Notes under the pieces: model-generated | What the model was told of the DNA's origin: nothing | What the model saw: the letters and a program-made list of their open reading frames with translations, nothing else | The model's database searches: none | Shown here: in pieces, positions 46,910 to 56,678 of the stretch | How the letters are laid out: each line of letters begins with the position of its first letter | How positions within the stretch are numbered: the stretch's first letter is position 1 | Made by a program: the position numbers and the translations under genes | DNA from: a candidate division WOR-3 bacterium | GTDB lineage: Bacteria; SDB-A | Length of the DNA: 58,839 nt | Assembly (NCBI GenBank): GCA_016934535.1 | Contig: JAFGSQ010000015.1 | Location: 1 to 58,839 of the forward strand | Reading direction: 5' to 3'

Positions 46910-48376
46910 TCATGACGCAGGAACTGCTTCTCGCGTTATACTTCGGTAGAGATTGTGATATTGAAGCACTCTGTGGTCCCAGGAATGATTTTCCCGCATG
47001 CCGTTTTGAAGTATCTTTTTCCACAACTTTTTGTCCCTGTCGAAAAGGGTTATCGCTTTTACGAGCGCGGAAGTGAATTCAATGTCCGAAAAAGGCATGA
47101 ATTTTACTCCGTTGCCTGTTCCGGTAACGGGATCGAAGTTTTTAACCGTATCGTCGAGACCGCCTGTCGCGTGAACGACAGGTAAAGTGCCGTATTGCAG
47201 TGCGAACATCTGGGTCAGGCCGCAAGGTTCGTAACGGCTTGGCACGATAAAAATGTCGGATCCCGCGATTATCTGATGTGAAAGGGGTTCGTCGAAAGCG
47301 TTTATGAATTTGAAATTGTTGTAATGACGGGAAATGGCTTCGAAACTGCTTTCGATTTCAGGGTCCCCGGTTCCGAGTACGATCATCTGAATGTCATTGG
47401 ATAGAATTCCGGGTAAGACCCTGGCGAGCATGTCGTGTCCCTTTTGATGGGCTATTCTCGAAATGGCTCCGATGAGCGGTACTTCGGGATCGGCAATAAA
47501 ATTCATTTTGTTCTGGAGGCTTTTTTTGCAGTTGGTTTTATCATCAATCGCCTCTTCACTGTAATGACAACATAGAAACGGGTCGGACATAGGATTCCAG
47601 AGATTTTCGTCTATGCCGTTCAATATGCCTATCAGTTTATTTCGCTTTTCCTTTAGCAATCCGTCCAAACCGAAGCCGTATTGGGGAGTTTGTATTTCGG
47701 CGGCATATCTCGGGCTGACAGTTGTAAGGACATCCGAATAAATTATGCCGGATTTGATCAAAGACATGTTCGAATAGAACTCGAGACCTTCGGTTGAAGC
47801 AAATTCAGGCGGAAGTCCGGTCAGGTGAAAATTAGACATGGGATAGTTTCCCTGATATCCCAGATTGTGAATAGTGAATACTGTTTTTGCGTCAGCGAGC
47901 TGAGATGGCTTGTAGGCGCCGGATTTTATGAGAGCCGGCACCAGACCTGACTGCCAGTCGTGGCAGTGTATTACATCCACGTTGAAATCAAAGTATTTGG
48001 CCATCTGGACGGAAGCGTTGCAGAAAAATATGAATCTTTCGGCGTTGTCGGGATAATCTACGTTGATTTCATTGTAAAGCTCAGGTCTGTCGAAATACTT
48101 GTCCTGTTCGATGAAGTAAAATCTGACTGAAGAAGAAGTCTCCAGGTGTTTCAGTATTCTGCAGATGACAGTTATACCTCCGCATACGACTTTGAAATCA
48201 TCAGCAAGTATCTCGATGTCGAGTTTTTTTTCTTTTGTGCATCTGTAATAGGGCAGAACCACCCTGACGTCGTGGCCGAGTTTGGAAAGGTGTCTCGACA
48301 AATCGCCGACCATGTCGGCAAGTCCGCCGGTTTTCGAGTAGGGATAGGCTTCCGATGCGATTTTTAGAATGTGCAT
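46910..48376 (-). CDS. glgA: Glycogen synthase
   Basis: SE..P.SKTGGLAD, HCHDWQ, TIHNL.YQG, NGID, PSRYEPCGLTQM; start moved to ATG 48376 (TGATG overlap). Confidence 0.96.
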   Translation of the reverse strand: MHILKIASEAYPYSKTGGLADMVGDLSRHLSKLGHDVRVVLPYYRCTKEKKLDIEILADDFKVVCGGITVICRILKHLETSSSVRFYFIEQDKYFDRPELYNEINVDYPDNAERFIFFCNASVQMAKYFDFNVDVIHCHDWQSGLVPALIKSGAYKPSQLADAKTVFTIHNLGYQGNYPMSNFHLTGLPPEFASTEGLEFYSNMSLIKSGIIYSDVLTTVSPRYAAEIQTPQYGFGLDGLLKEKRNKLIGILNGIDENLWNPMSDPFLCCHYSEEAIDDKTNCKKSLQNKMNFIADPEVPLIGAISRIAHQKGHDMLARVLPGILSNDIQMIVLGTGDPEIESSFEAISRHYNNFKFINAFDEPLSHQIIAGSDIFIVPSRYEPCGLTQMFALQYGTLPVVHATGGLDDTVKNFDPVTGTGNGVKFMPFSDIEFTSALVKAITLFDRDKKLWKKILQNGMRENHSWDHRVLQYHNLYRSITREAVPAS

Positions 48377-48630
48377 CAAGCCTCTGCCTTGCTCTTGGGG
48401 CATGTCTTGCAGGTTGAGTCCTTGGATTTCTCGCACGTGGAGGTTTTTTTGTCCTTGTAATCCGTCTTGTAGAATCCTGACCCTTTGAAAACAAGCCCGA
48501 CTCCGGAGGAGATTATTTTTTTCGCCGTGGATCCGCAAGAAGGGCAAACGGCGTCAGGGGGCGAATTGAAATCTCTGAGAAGCTCGAAGCATTCTCCGCA
48601 TTTTTCGCATTTATATTCGTATATAGGCAT
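48376..48630 (-). CDS. FmdB family zinc ribbon protein
   Basis: MPIYEYKCEKCG..FE, CPSCGS, FKGSGFY.TDY. Confidence 0.93.
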   Translation of the reverse strand: MPIYEYKCEKCGECFELLRDFNSPPDAVCPSCGSTAKKIISSGVGLVFKGSGFYKTDYKDKKTSTCEKSKDSTCKTCPKSKAEA

Positions 48631-48752
48631 AAATACTCCCTTGGAAGGTTTTGTTTATTTCAAGTTCCATCGCCGAAAAGCGGCTAAGGAAACGTATTTT
48701 CTATGATAAGTCAAAAACAGATTTAATAAAAGAAAAAAATGTTTCATAAAAC

Positions 48753-48779
48753 AAAAAAAGGGGGCGAAGCCCCCTTTTT
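48753..48779 (-). terminator. Intrinsic terminator of groESL (bidirectional shape)
   Basis: A7-GGGGGC-GAA-GCCCCC-T5 immediately after the groL stop. Confidence 0.88.
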
Positions 48780-48780
48780 A

Positions 48781-50421
<1,641 letters not shown>

Positions 50422-50433
50422 TTATACCTCCAT

Positions 50434-50727
50434 TTATCCTTGTATTACTGCGAGAATTTCGTCTTCGTTGAGAATTAGAAAATCTTTGTCTTCGACCGAG
50501 ATTTCTGTTCCGGCGTATTTGCCGAAAAGAATGACGTCTCCTTCTTTTACCGGCATGGGATCTTCATCTTTTTTAGTGACCTGGGCGACAGACACTACTT
50601 TGCCTTTCTGGGGCTTTTCTTTTGCCGTGTCGGGAATAATTATCCCACCCTTTTTGACTTCCTGTTCGTCGGTTCTTTCGACGATGACTTTCCTGTTGAC
50701 AGGAACCAACTTAACTGCCATAGACAT
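50434..50727 (-). CDS. groS: Co-chaperonin GroES
   Basis: [28 protein letters not shown]. Confidence 0.97.
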   Translation of the reverse strand: MSMAVKLVPVNRKVIVERTDEQEVKKGGIIIPDTAKEKPQKGKVVSVAQVTKKDEDPMPVKEGDVILFGKYAGTEISVEDKDFLILNEDEILAVIQG

Positions 50728-50786
50728 GACCTCCTTTAAGTATATTGTTAAGTTGAACTTCGAACTAAAATTGTTCTATATGCTAA

Positions 50787-50814
50787 AAGATATTCGAAAA
50801 AATAGATATGTCAA
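50787..50814 (-). promoter_or_regulatory. Putative sigma70-type promoter of groESL
   Basis: Minus strand TTGACA (50814-50809), 16 nt spacer, TATCTT (50792-50787). Confidence 0.5.
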
Positions 50815-50976
50815 GTTTTGCAATTGCAAAAATAAATTATGCAGTTTTTGCAATAACTCACGAAAAGAGCATGGATTTGCAATTTGCGAAAAATAAACTG
50901 TTATTTATGTTATGACTTTACATATTATTTACTGTAAATAGCGTTAAGGCGATCACAATCGATGATGACAGATTAT

Positions 50977-50992
50977 TGGCGCATTAATTGCT
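50977..50992 (+). promoter_or_regulatory. Sigma54 (-24/-12) promoter 1
   Basis: TGGCGC-ATTAA-TTGCT, GG-N10-GC spacing, about 35 nt upstream of the pilin-like gene. Confidence 0.75.
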
Positions 50993-51026
50993 TTATTTTA
51001 GTTGAAAATTCAATCAGGAGGCTCAA

Positions 51027-51509
51027 ATGAAAAAGAAAATTTTGAAATTTTTTTTAATTGTATTTTTTTTGGCATTATTGGCAGTTGTGACAATATCAGC
51101 AGATATAGTCTTCAACGACGGATTGTTCTTTAAAAATGCCGTCGCTTCGAGTATTTTCAGTGTCAAAAACGCCGAGGACGAGTACATGTCCATAAACCTC
51201 GACAGAACGAGATATCTTGAGTCAATTGTCATTACTAATGCCTACATGGTCCAGAAAGCCGCAGAAGAGTATGCAAGTTATAACGGTGGATATTATCCGG
51301 ATGGATATGCACATTTAAACCTACCATATAGTAGTATAATCAATCCTTTTGATTCGCTAGGCAATTGGATTATTGATGATGTTCAATATGGTGTTGAGGG
51401 AAAAGTAAGTTTTTGCTCTACTTTTGGAACACTGCCGTACACGATTATTGCTGGAGGAAAATACGGAAGAAAAATAATAACTCTCCACAGCTCATACGGC
51501 TCAAATTAG
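51027..51509 (+). CDS. Pilin-head homologue with Sec-type signal/anchor in place of the prepilin N-terminus
   Basis: AGGAGG SD; C-terminal ~100 aa align with the 54385 pilin (ES.V..NA...Q.AAEEY.....G.Y.DG.A.L.LP...I.NPF...YTI..GGK....IITL); no G|FxxxE motif. Confidence 0.75.
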   Translation: MKKKILKFFLIVFFLALLAVVTISADIVFNDGLFFKNAVASSIFSVKNAEDEYMSINLDRTRYLESIVITNAYMVQKAAEEYASYNGGYYPDGYAHLNLPYSSIINPFDSLGNWIIDDVQYGVEGKVSFCSTFGTLPYTIIAGGKYGRKIITLHSSYGSN

Positions 51510-51517
51510 GAGGAAAC

Positions 51518-54040
51518 ATGTCAAAGAAAACATTATTCATATTCATGTTGATTTTCTCTGCTTTGAACTTGTTTTCTCACAGTGCTCTGTTTGAAGCGAG
51601 ATATGATGTTTATGGAGATTCGGATTTTTATCAGGTAAAATATAGAGACATTTGTTTTTTGGTCGAAGATATAGACAATGACCAATTGGCCGATGTGATA
51701 ATGATAAATCCATTATCCGGGAAATTTTTGTTCCTGATAAACCAGGGAAATTACGATTTTTCAAGGCATGAGTTCATTGCTCCAGGAGGAGTGAGGTTCG
51801 CCGATATAGGCGATATAGACGAAGACAATGATCTGGATATTTTATACGTTCCACTTACAAAAAATTATTGGGATACCCCAGACACAATTTTCATATACAA
51901 AAACGACGGAAACTACAATTTCAGTTTTGAATCTTGTATTACTGAATCCTTGACTTTTTTTTGTGGTTTTAAACTTGGCGACCTGGACAATGACGGGGAC
52001 AATGATATTTTTACAATGGTTTACCCAGCTAGATCCTTTATATATAAGAACGATGGGGCAGGTCATTACAATTTTTATGATTCTTTAGTTATAGGAGATT
52101 TTTGGTTATCTCTAATAGATATCGAAATTGCCGATTTAACAAATGATTCTTATGATGATGTTATGTTTTATAATTTCGGTTTGTCTCCAGACGGATTGTT
52201 TGTTTTAAGGAACAACGGGGCTGGATCATTTATTGTTGATTCGTTTTATGAGTTTCCTTTTCCACACATAGATAATGTCATAAAAGTGACCGATGCCGAC
52301 GGTGACGGAGATAACGACGTATTTCTCTATGGATGGGTCACAGACAAGTTGATATACATGATAAACAACGGAAACGGGAAATTCACATCATTGGATTATT
52401 TCGGTTTCGATTTTTTTACACAAAATTTTTATATAACTCCTCTGATGAATGATTTCACGAGGTTTTATTTTACAATGAGATCTGAGCAGGATTATTACAG
52501 CTATAAAAGGAAAGTTTATCTTTTCAAGAATTATCTATTGGATCCGATGACTCTTTTCGATGAATTCGTTTCCTGCGAATTCCCCATGAAGTTAGGAGGA
52601 GGAGATTTCGACGGTGACGGAGACATAGATTACTGCGTCGTAAACTTCAAATCCGGGTTGCTGTCTATAATACAGAACAGAGGAGACGGCAAATTCGTAA
52701 AACCTCCTCAGTATCAGACCGGACTATACCCTCAGAACATCGTAGCCCGTGATTTTAACGGAGACGGGGTAAACGATGTGGCTACAGCCAACGGCGGATC
52801 AGATGACTTCACTGTTCTTTTCAACGACGGACAGGGCGGGTTTTTCAACAGACTTTCATATCAGAGCGATTCTTCCCCCAACGGTATTTGCTCTGGTGAT
52901 TTCGACGGTGACGGGGATCAGGATGTAGCGGTTGCTAATTATTCTTCTGATAATGTAAATATTTTTTCCAACAGCGGATATGGAACATTTTCCTCGGCCG
53001 GTCAATATTCGTTCGGAACAGATCACACAAATCCTTTCGACATAAACTGCGGAGACCTTGACGGTGACGGATATCTGGACCTCGTCGTCTCTCTCCAAGG
53101 AAGTTCTGAGATCTCTCTCCTGACCAACGATGGAAACGGCAATTTTACAGTGGACACATTTTACGGGACCGGACAATCGCCATGTGAGCTGGTGATTGAA
53201 GACTTGAGCGGCGACGGCTTTTTCGACATACTCGTAGTAAACGAGTTTTCAAACACAGTCAGCATATTCACCGGCGACGGGCAGGCAAGGTTTACTTTGG
53301 GGGATTCTCTGACAGGACTCTGTAATCCCACTGGTCTTGTTGTCTGTGATTTTGACGGGGATTCTCTCAAGGACATAGTTGTCTCAAGTGCATATTCCAA
53401 TTCAATACAGGTTTTCAAGAACCTCGGTTCGGGAAATTTCTCAGAATATTTTGAGATTAGAACAGGTTTTGAGCCATGGGGTATAGAATGCGCCGATGTG
53501 GACGCCGACGGGACAAAAGATATTGTCACAGTCAACTTCAAGACTAACAATTTGGCCGTGCATTATGGAAACGGCGACCTGACATTTTCCGAGGCCGAAT
53601 TCTATGGAGTTGACAGTGCCCCCTCCTGTATGGTCTTAGGGGATTTCAACGGAAACGGCGGTGTGGACGTAATAACAGGACATTACACGAGTGACAAGAT
53701 TTCAGTTCTTCTCAGCGAAATAACTACAGGCGTAGGTGAGTCGCCCGGTTACGACAATGGAGACGGCGGCATAAAATTTGAACTGCTCACTCCAAATCTT
53801 TCGCCGGGTAATTTTGATTTAAGGCTGGTTATATCGGGCAATTCCCATGTCACAGTAGAGATATACAATATTCTCGGACAGAAAGTGAAAACGATAGTCG
53901 AAGGAAATCTAACCGCGGGAACACATTTGTTCAGGTGGGAAAGAGACGACGATAAAAATGTGAGGGTTTCTGACGGAGTTTATTTTATCCTGATGAGATC
54001 GGAAAATATAACAGATATAAAGAAGATATCGCTGATCTAA
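51518..54040 (+). CDS. FG-GAP/VCBS-repeat secreted protein with C-terminal T9SS/FlgD-Ig-like domain
   Basis: AGGAGG SD supports ATG 51518; signal peptide; 13 recognisable D.D.DG..D-type repeats; IYNILGQKV...WERDDD...VSDGVYF. Confidence 0.9.
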   Translation: MSKKTLFIFMLIFSALNLFSHSALFEARYDVYGDSDFYQVKYRDICFLVEDIDNDQLADVIMINPLSGKFLFLINQGNYDFSRHEFIAPGGVRFADIGDIDEDNDLDILYVPLTKNYWDTPDTIFIYKNDGNYNFSFESCITESLTFFCGFKLGDLDNDGDNDIFTMVYPARSFIYKNDGAGHYNFYDSLVIGDFWLSLIDIEIADLTNDSYDDVMFYNFGLSPDGLFVLRNNGAGSFIVDSFYEFPFPHIDNVIKVTDADGDGDNDVFLYGWVTDKLIYMINNGNGKFTSLDYFGFDFFTQNFYITPLMNDFTRFYFTMRSEQDYYSYKRKVYLFKNYLLDPMTLFDEFVSCEFPMKLGGGDFDGDGDIDYCVVNFKSGLLSIIQNRGDGKFVKPPQYQTGLYPQNIVARDFNGDGVNDVATANGGSDDFTVLFNDGQGGFFNRLSYQSDSSPNGICSGDFDGDGDQDVAVANYSSDNVNIFSNSGYGTFSSAGQYSFGTDHTNPFDINCGDLDGDGYLDLVVSLQGSSEISLLTNDGNGNFTVDTFYGTGQSPCELVIEDLSGDGFFDILVVNEFSNTVSIFTGDGQARFTLGDSLTGLCNPTGLVVCDFDGDSLKDIVVSSAYSNSIQVFKNLGSGNFSEYFEIRTGFEPWGIECADVDADGTKDIVTVNFKTNNLAVHYGNGDLTFSEAEFYGVDSAPSCMVLGDFNGNGGVDVITGHYTSDKISVLLSEITTGVGESPGYDNGDGGIKFELLTPNLSPGNFDLRLVISGNSHVTVEIYNILGQKVKTIVEGNLTAGTHLFRWERDDDKNVRVSDGVYFILMRSENITDIKKISLI

Positions 54041-54325
54041 AGTGTTTAAAAAACCGCATACCATGATTTTAAACGCCTTTAAAAAAATATTGCAATTTTT
54101 TTACCAAAAGAGTAATATCTACGCTATGAGGAAGGAAAGCGTGTTGAGTTATCACTATGATTATGGTCTTATAAATGAACACCATGAAAACATGTCGCAT
54201 AATTATGAATATTGGAGCAGGCAAAATGCAATAATATGTCCGGTAAATTGCAATATGCGAGAAGAAATTTTTAGTTGTGTATTTCCAAGTGTCGGTAATA
54301 AGCATTTTGTGTATTTAACCAATTA

Positions 54326-54341
54326 TGGCACAAGCATTGCT
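54326..54341 (+). promoter_or_regulatory. Sigma54 (-24/-12) promoter 2
   Basis: TGGCAC-AAGCA-TTGCT, matches consensus, about 45 nt upstream of the pilin. Confidence 0.85.
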
Positions 54342-54384
54342 TGAAAAGCGGTATGAATATAGAATTTAGCAAAGGAGGTTTAGA

Positions 54385-54768
54385 ATGAAGAAAGGATTTT
54401 CACTGATCGAACTGATGGTCGTTGTGGTCATCATCGGCATTCTCGCCGCGATAGCCATACCGAACTTCATCAGACTGAGAGACAGGGCGAAAGAGTCTGA
54501 AGTAAAAGCCAATGCCCACACATGCCAGCTTGCAGCAGAAGAGTATTCAACAACAGCAGATGGAAATTATTGTGATGGTTTTGCTACTTTGACTCTTCCT
54601 TCGAATATCAAGAATCCGTTTGCTGCTGGCGCCGCTGTTGTCGATGATGCTGCTCCGGGAGAGGGAGAAGTTTCATATCAACATGGTGCCTTTGGTGCTT
54701 CAGCATACACAATTGTGGGTGGTGGAAAGGGCGCAGTGCCAATTATTACCCTTTCTCCCGGACAGTAA
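54385..54768 (+). CDS. pilA: Type IV pilin (IVa-type short leader), probable major pilin
   Basis: AAGGAGGT SD; MKKG|FSLIELMVVVVIIGILAAIAIPNF; own promoter and terminator. Confidence 0.92.
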   Translation: MKKGFSLIELMVVVVIIGILAAIAIPNFIRLRDRAKESEVKANAHTCQLAAEEYSTTADGNYCDGFATLTLPSNIKNPFAAGAAVVDDAAPGEGEVSYQHGAFGASAYTIVGGGKGAVPIITLSPGQ

Positions 54769-54781
54769 TCGATCAGTTCAA

Positions 54782-54815
54782 TGAAAAAAGGGGAGATAAA
54801 ATCTCCCCTTTTTTT
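54782..54815 (+). terminator. Intrinsic terminator, copy 1 of a 34-bp direct repeat
   Basis: TGAAAAAAGGGGAGAT-AAA-ATCTCCCCTTTTTTT. Confidence 0.9.
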
Positions 54816-54890
54816 GTTTCTTAAGTACAACCCTTGAATTTTACATTTTATATAATAATCGGTAAAAACGTAATTTACAATTAAAATTGC

Positions 54891-54918
54891 TTGACAAAAG
54901 TTTAGTTTTATATATAAT
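54891..54918 (+). promoter_or_regulatory. Sigma70-type promoter of the low-GC gene
   Basis: TTGACA (54891-54896), 16 nt spacer, TATAAT (54913-54918). Confidence 0.7.
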
Positions 54919-54941
54919 CACGATATGTTAGATTTCATGAA

Positions 54942-54965
54942 CTCTCTCTCTCTCTCTCTCTCTCT
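54942..54965 (+). repeat. (CT)12 microsatellite
   Basis: 24-nt perfect dinucleotide tract followed by hairpin TGCCGT-N10-ACGGCA. Confidence 0.95.
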
Positions 54966-55112
54966 GCCGTTGCGTAGTTTACGGCAATGTTCTATTAAAA
55001 GATATTTAAGGAATTTTTCCATAAAAATATATCCGGTTAAACCAAGAGCTTCCAACCACAAAGTTTATCTACTTCCGTTCAATAATTTATAATTCTAAAT
55101 TTGGAGGTTAAA

Positions 55113-56609
55113 GTGGTTTGGTTTATTTTAATATTAAATCTTTTTAATATTTCTACAAAAGATGCTTGTGTGGGGCTTGATTATTCGTGGTCAATATCAG
55201 GTCAGTATAATTATTTTGGAGGATATAGATGGAACAATGGTTACGCAAGAACTTTTCCAGATCTTGCATACGATATTGATAAATATTTGAATAGTTATAT
55301 TATAACAGGATATACAAGTAGGCCAAGACCAATTAGTCCTGCCTTTCCAAGGAATGGTCTTTACTTAATAGTGAATGCAAGACCTGGTCTTCAAATGAAT
55401 CCTCCAACTATATATCCATATATAGGATTTGATCATGAAAAGTATTATTCTTCTGTTGTATTAGAAAGCGGCCATTTTTTATCAGCAGGTATATATGATT
55501 TTGGAGATGGACAAGGTAGAATTTGTGAAGTAAATGAGAACAACGAACCAACTAGTTTTAATAAGTATCTCATTGATGAGATTAATGAGATAAGTAAAAT
55601 TGAATTTGGTCACGATGATTACTATGTTATTGTTGGTAAAAATTACTATAATGGTCAAATTTGCCTTCTGAAGGATGATTTTCAAGTTAAATACGAGCAA
55701 GATCTGGCTTATAGTACAAATTATTGCACATATGCGTATGATATCGCCGTTTTAAATGACAGTGGGTATATTGTTGTCGGCTCTGGCTCAAGGGCAATAA
55801 TCAAACTGAATTCTGTTTTGGATACAATCTGGACAATATCCGGCGGTGGAAATGCGATCTGCCTTACAAACGACGGTGGATTTGCTGTTACTAGTAATTC
55901 TTCACCACAACCTATTGGTTATATATCAAGATATGATTCATTAGGTCAGATAATTTGGTCAAAAACAGACACTGGAAAGTATTATTTTGATTTGGCTTAC
56001 GATAGTATTATGGCTAAATTCGTCGCAGTCGGGAATGTTGGTTTTGATAGAGACAGCGTATATATTGTATCTTTAGATTCAACAGGTCAAGAAATCGCTT
56101 CTTATACTTTTACAGGAACGAGTAATTCTGGTGAAGAAGTTAGAGCTACATCAGTTTTGAATAATAGCGGCAGTTTTATCATTGTTGGATTTTTATATCA
56201 AATTTCTCCAATAAAACCTTATTATCAGAATGATTCGATGTCTAATGATGTATTTATTTTATCATGGAATTCTAATGAGGATATCGTTCCATTAAATCAT
56301 TTTATTGATCAAAATAAGTTGAATGATATTAAATCTGACAGTACTTTTACTTTCAATGTTTCAATTTTACATGAAAAGGAAATTTTGATTTCGTTTTCTC
56401 TTGAAAATAGCGCAAATGTAAATATTGATATATACAACGTAGTTGGTCAAAAAATTGGCAACATATTCTCAGGAAATATTATCGCCGGCCAACACAATTT
56501 TAGGTATTATCAGAATGCCAATGACTTGAACTTGAGTAAAGGTGTATATTTTGTAAGAATTAAGCTAAATGGTTTACCATATACAAGATCTTTTACTTTA
56601 TTTCACTAG
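55113..56609 (+). CDS. Low-GC secreted beta-repeat protein with C-terminal T9SS/FlgD-Ig-like domain
   Basis: GGAGGT SD supports GTG 55113; repeats such as D.GY.VVG, KLNS..DTIW, RYDSLG..IW; IYNVVGQKI...LSKGVYFVRI. Confidence 0.78.
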   Translation: MVWFILILNLFNISTKDACVGLDYSWSISGQYNYFGGYRWNNGYARTFPDLAYDIDKYLNSYIITGYTSRPRPISPAFPRNGLYLIVNARPGLQMNPPTIYPYIGFDHEKYYSSVVLESGHFLSAGIYDFGDGQGRICEVNENNEPTSFNKYLIDEINEISKIEFGHDDYYVIVGKNYYNGQICLLKDDFQVKYEQDLAYSTNYCTYAYDIAVLNDSGYIVVGSGSRAIIKLNSVLDTIWTISGGGNAICLTNDGGFAVTSNSSPQPIGYISRYDSLGQIIWSKTDTGKYYFDLAYDSIMAKFVAVGNVGFDRDSVYIVSLDSTGQEIASYTFTGTSNSGEEVRATSVLNNSGSFIIVGFLYQISPIKPYYQNDSMSNDVFILSWNSNEDIVPLNHFIDQNKLNDIKSDSTFTFNVSILHEKEILISFSLENSANVNIDIYNVVGQKIGNIFSGNIIAGQHNFRYYQNANDLNLSKGVYFVRIKLNGLPYTRSFTLFH

Positions 56610-56622
56610 TATAAACATCATG

Positions 56623-56656
56623 TGAAAAAAGGGGAGATTTCATCTCCCCTTTTTTT
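56623..56656 (+). terminator. Intrinsic terminator, copy 2 of the 34-bp direct repeat
   Basis: TGAAAAAAGGGGAGAT-TTC-ATCTCCCCTTTTTTT. Confidence 0.9.
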
Positions 56657-56678
56657 ATTTTCGTAGTATAATTTCTCA

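Noticed and set aside
48377-48547. 57-aa N-terminal extension of glgA
   Set aside because: It overlaps the FmdB-family gene in another frame; GlgA homology begins at ATG 48376.
50728-50820. CIRCE (HrcA) operator upstream of groES
   Set aside because: Only TTAGCA is present; there is no TTAGCACTC-N9-GAGTGCTAA inverted repeat.
52600-53660. Recurring DNA motif GATTTCGACGGTGACGG, considered as CRISPR or a non-coding repeat
   Set aside because: These are degenerate coding repeats for the DFDGDG loops of FG-GAP blades inside an intact ORF.
54042-54344. ORFs 54042..54344 (+) and 54069..54305 (-)
   Set aside because: No SD or recognisable motif, AT-rich, and overlapping the pilin sigma54 promoter and upstream motifs; likely regulatory DNA.
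54385-54768. Geobacter-type short conductive (e-pilus) pilin
   Set aside because: It is a full-length 127-aa pilin with a globular head, not the truncated ~60-aa type.
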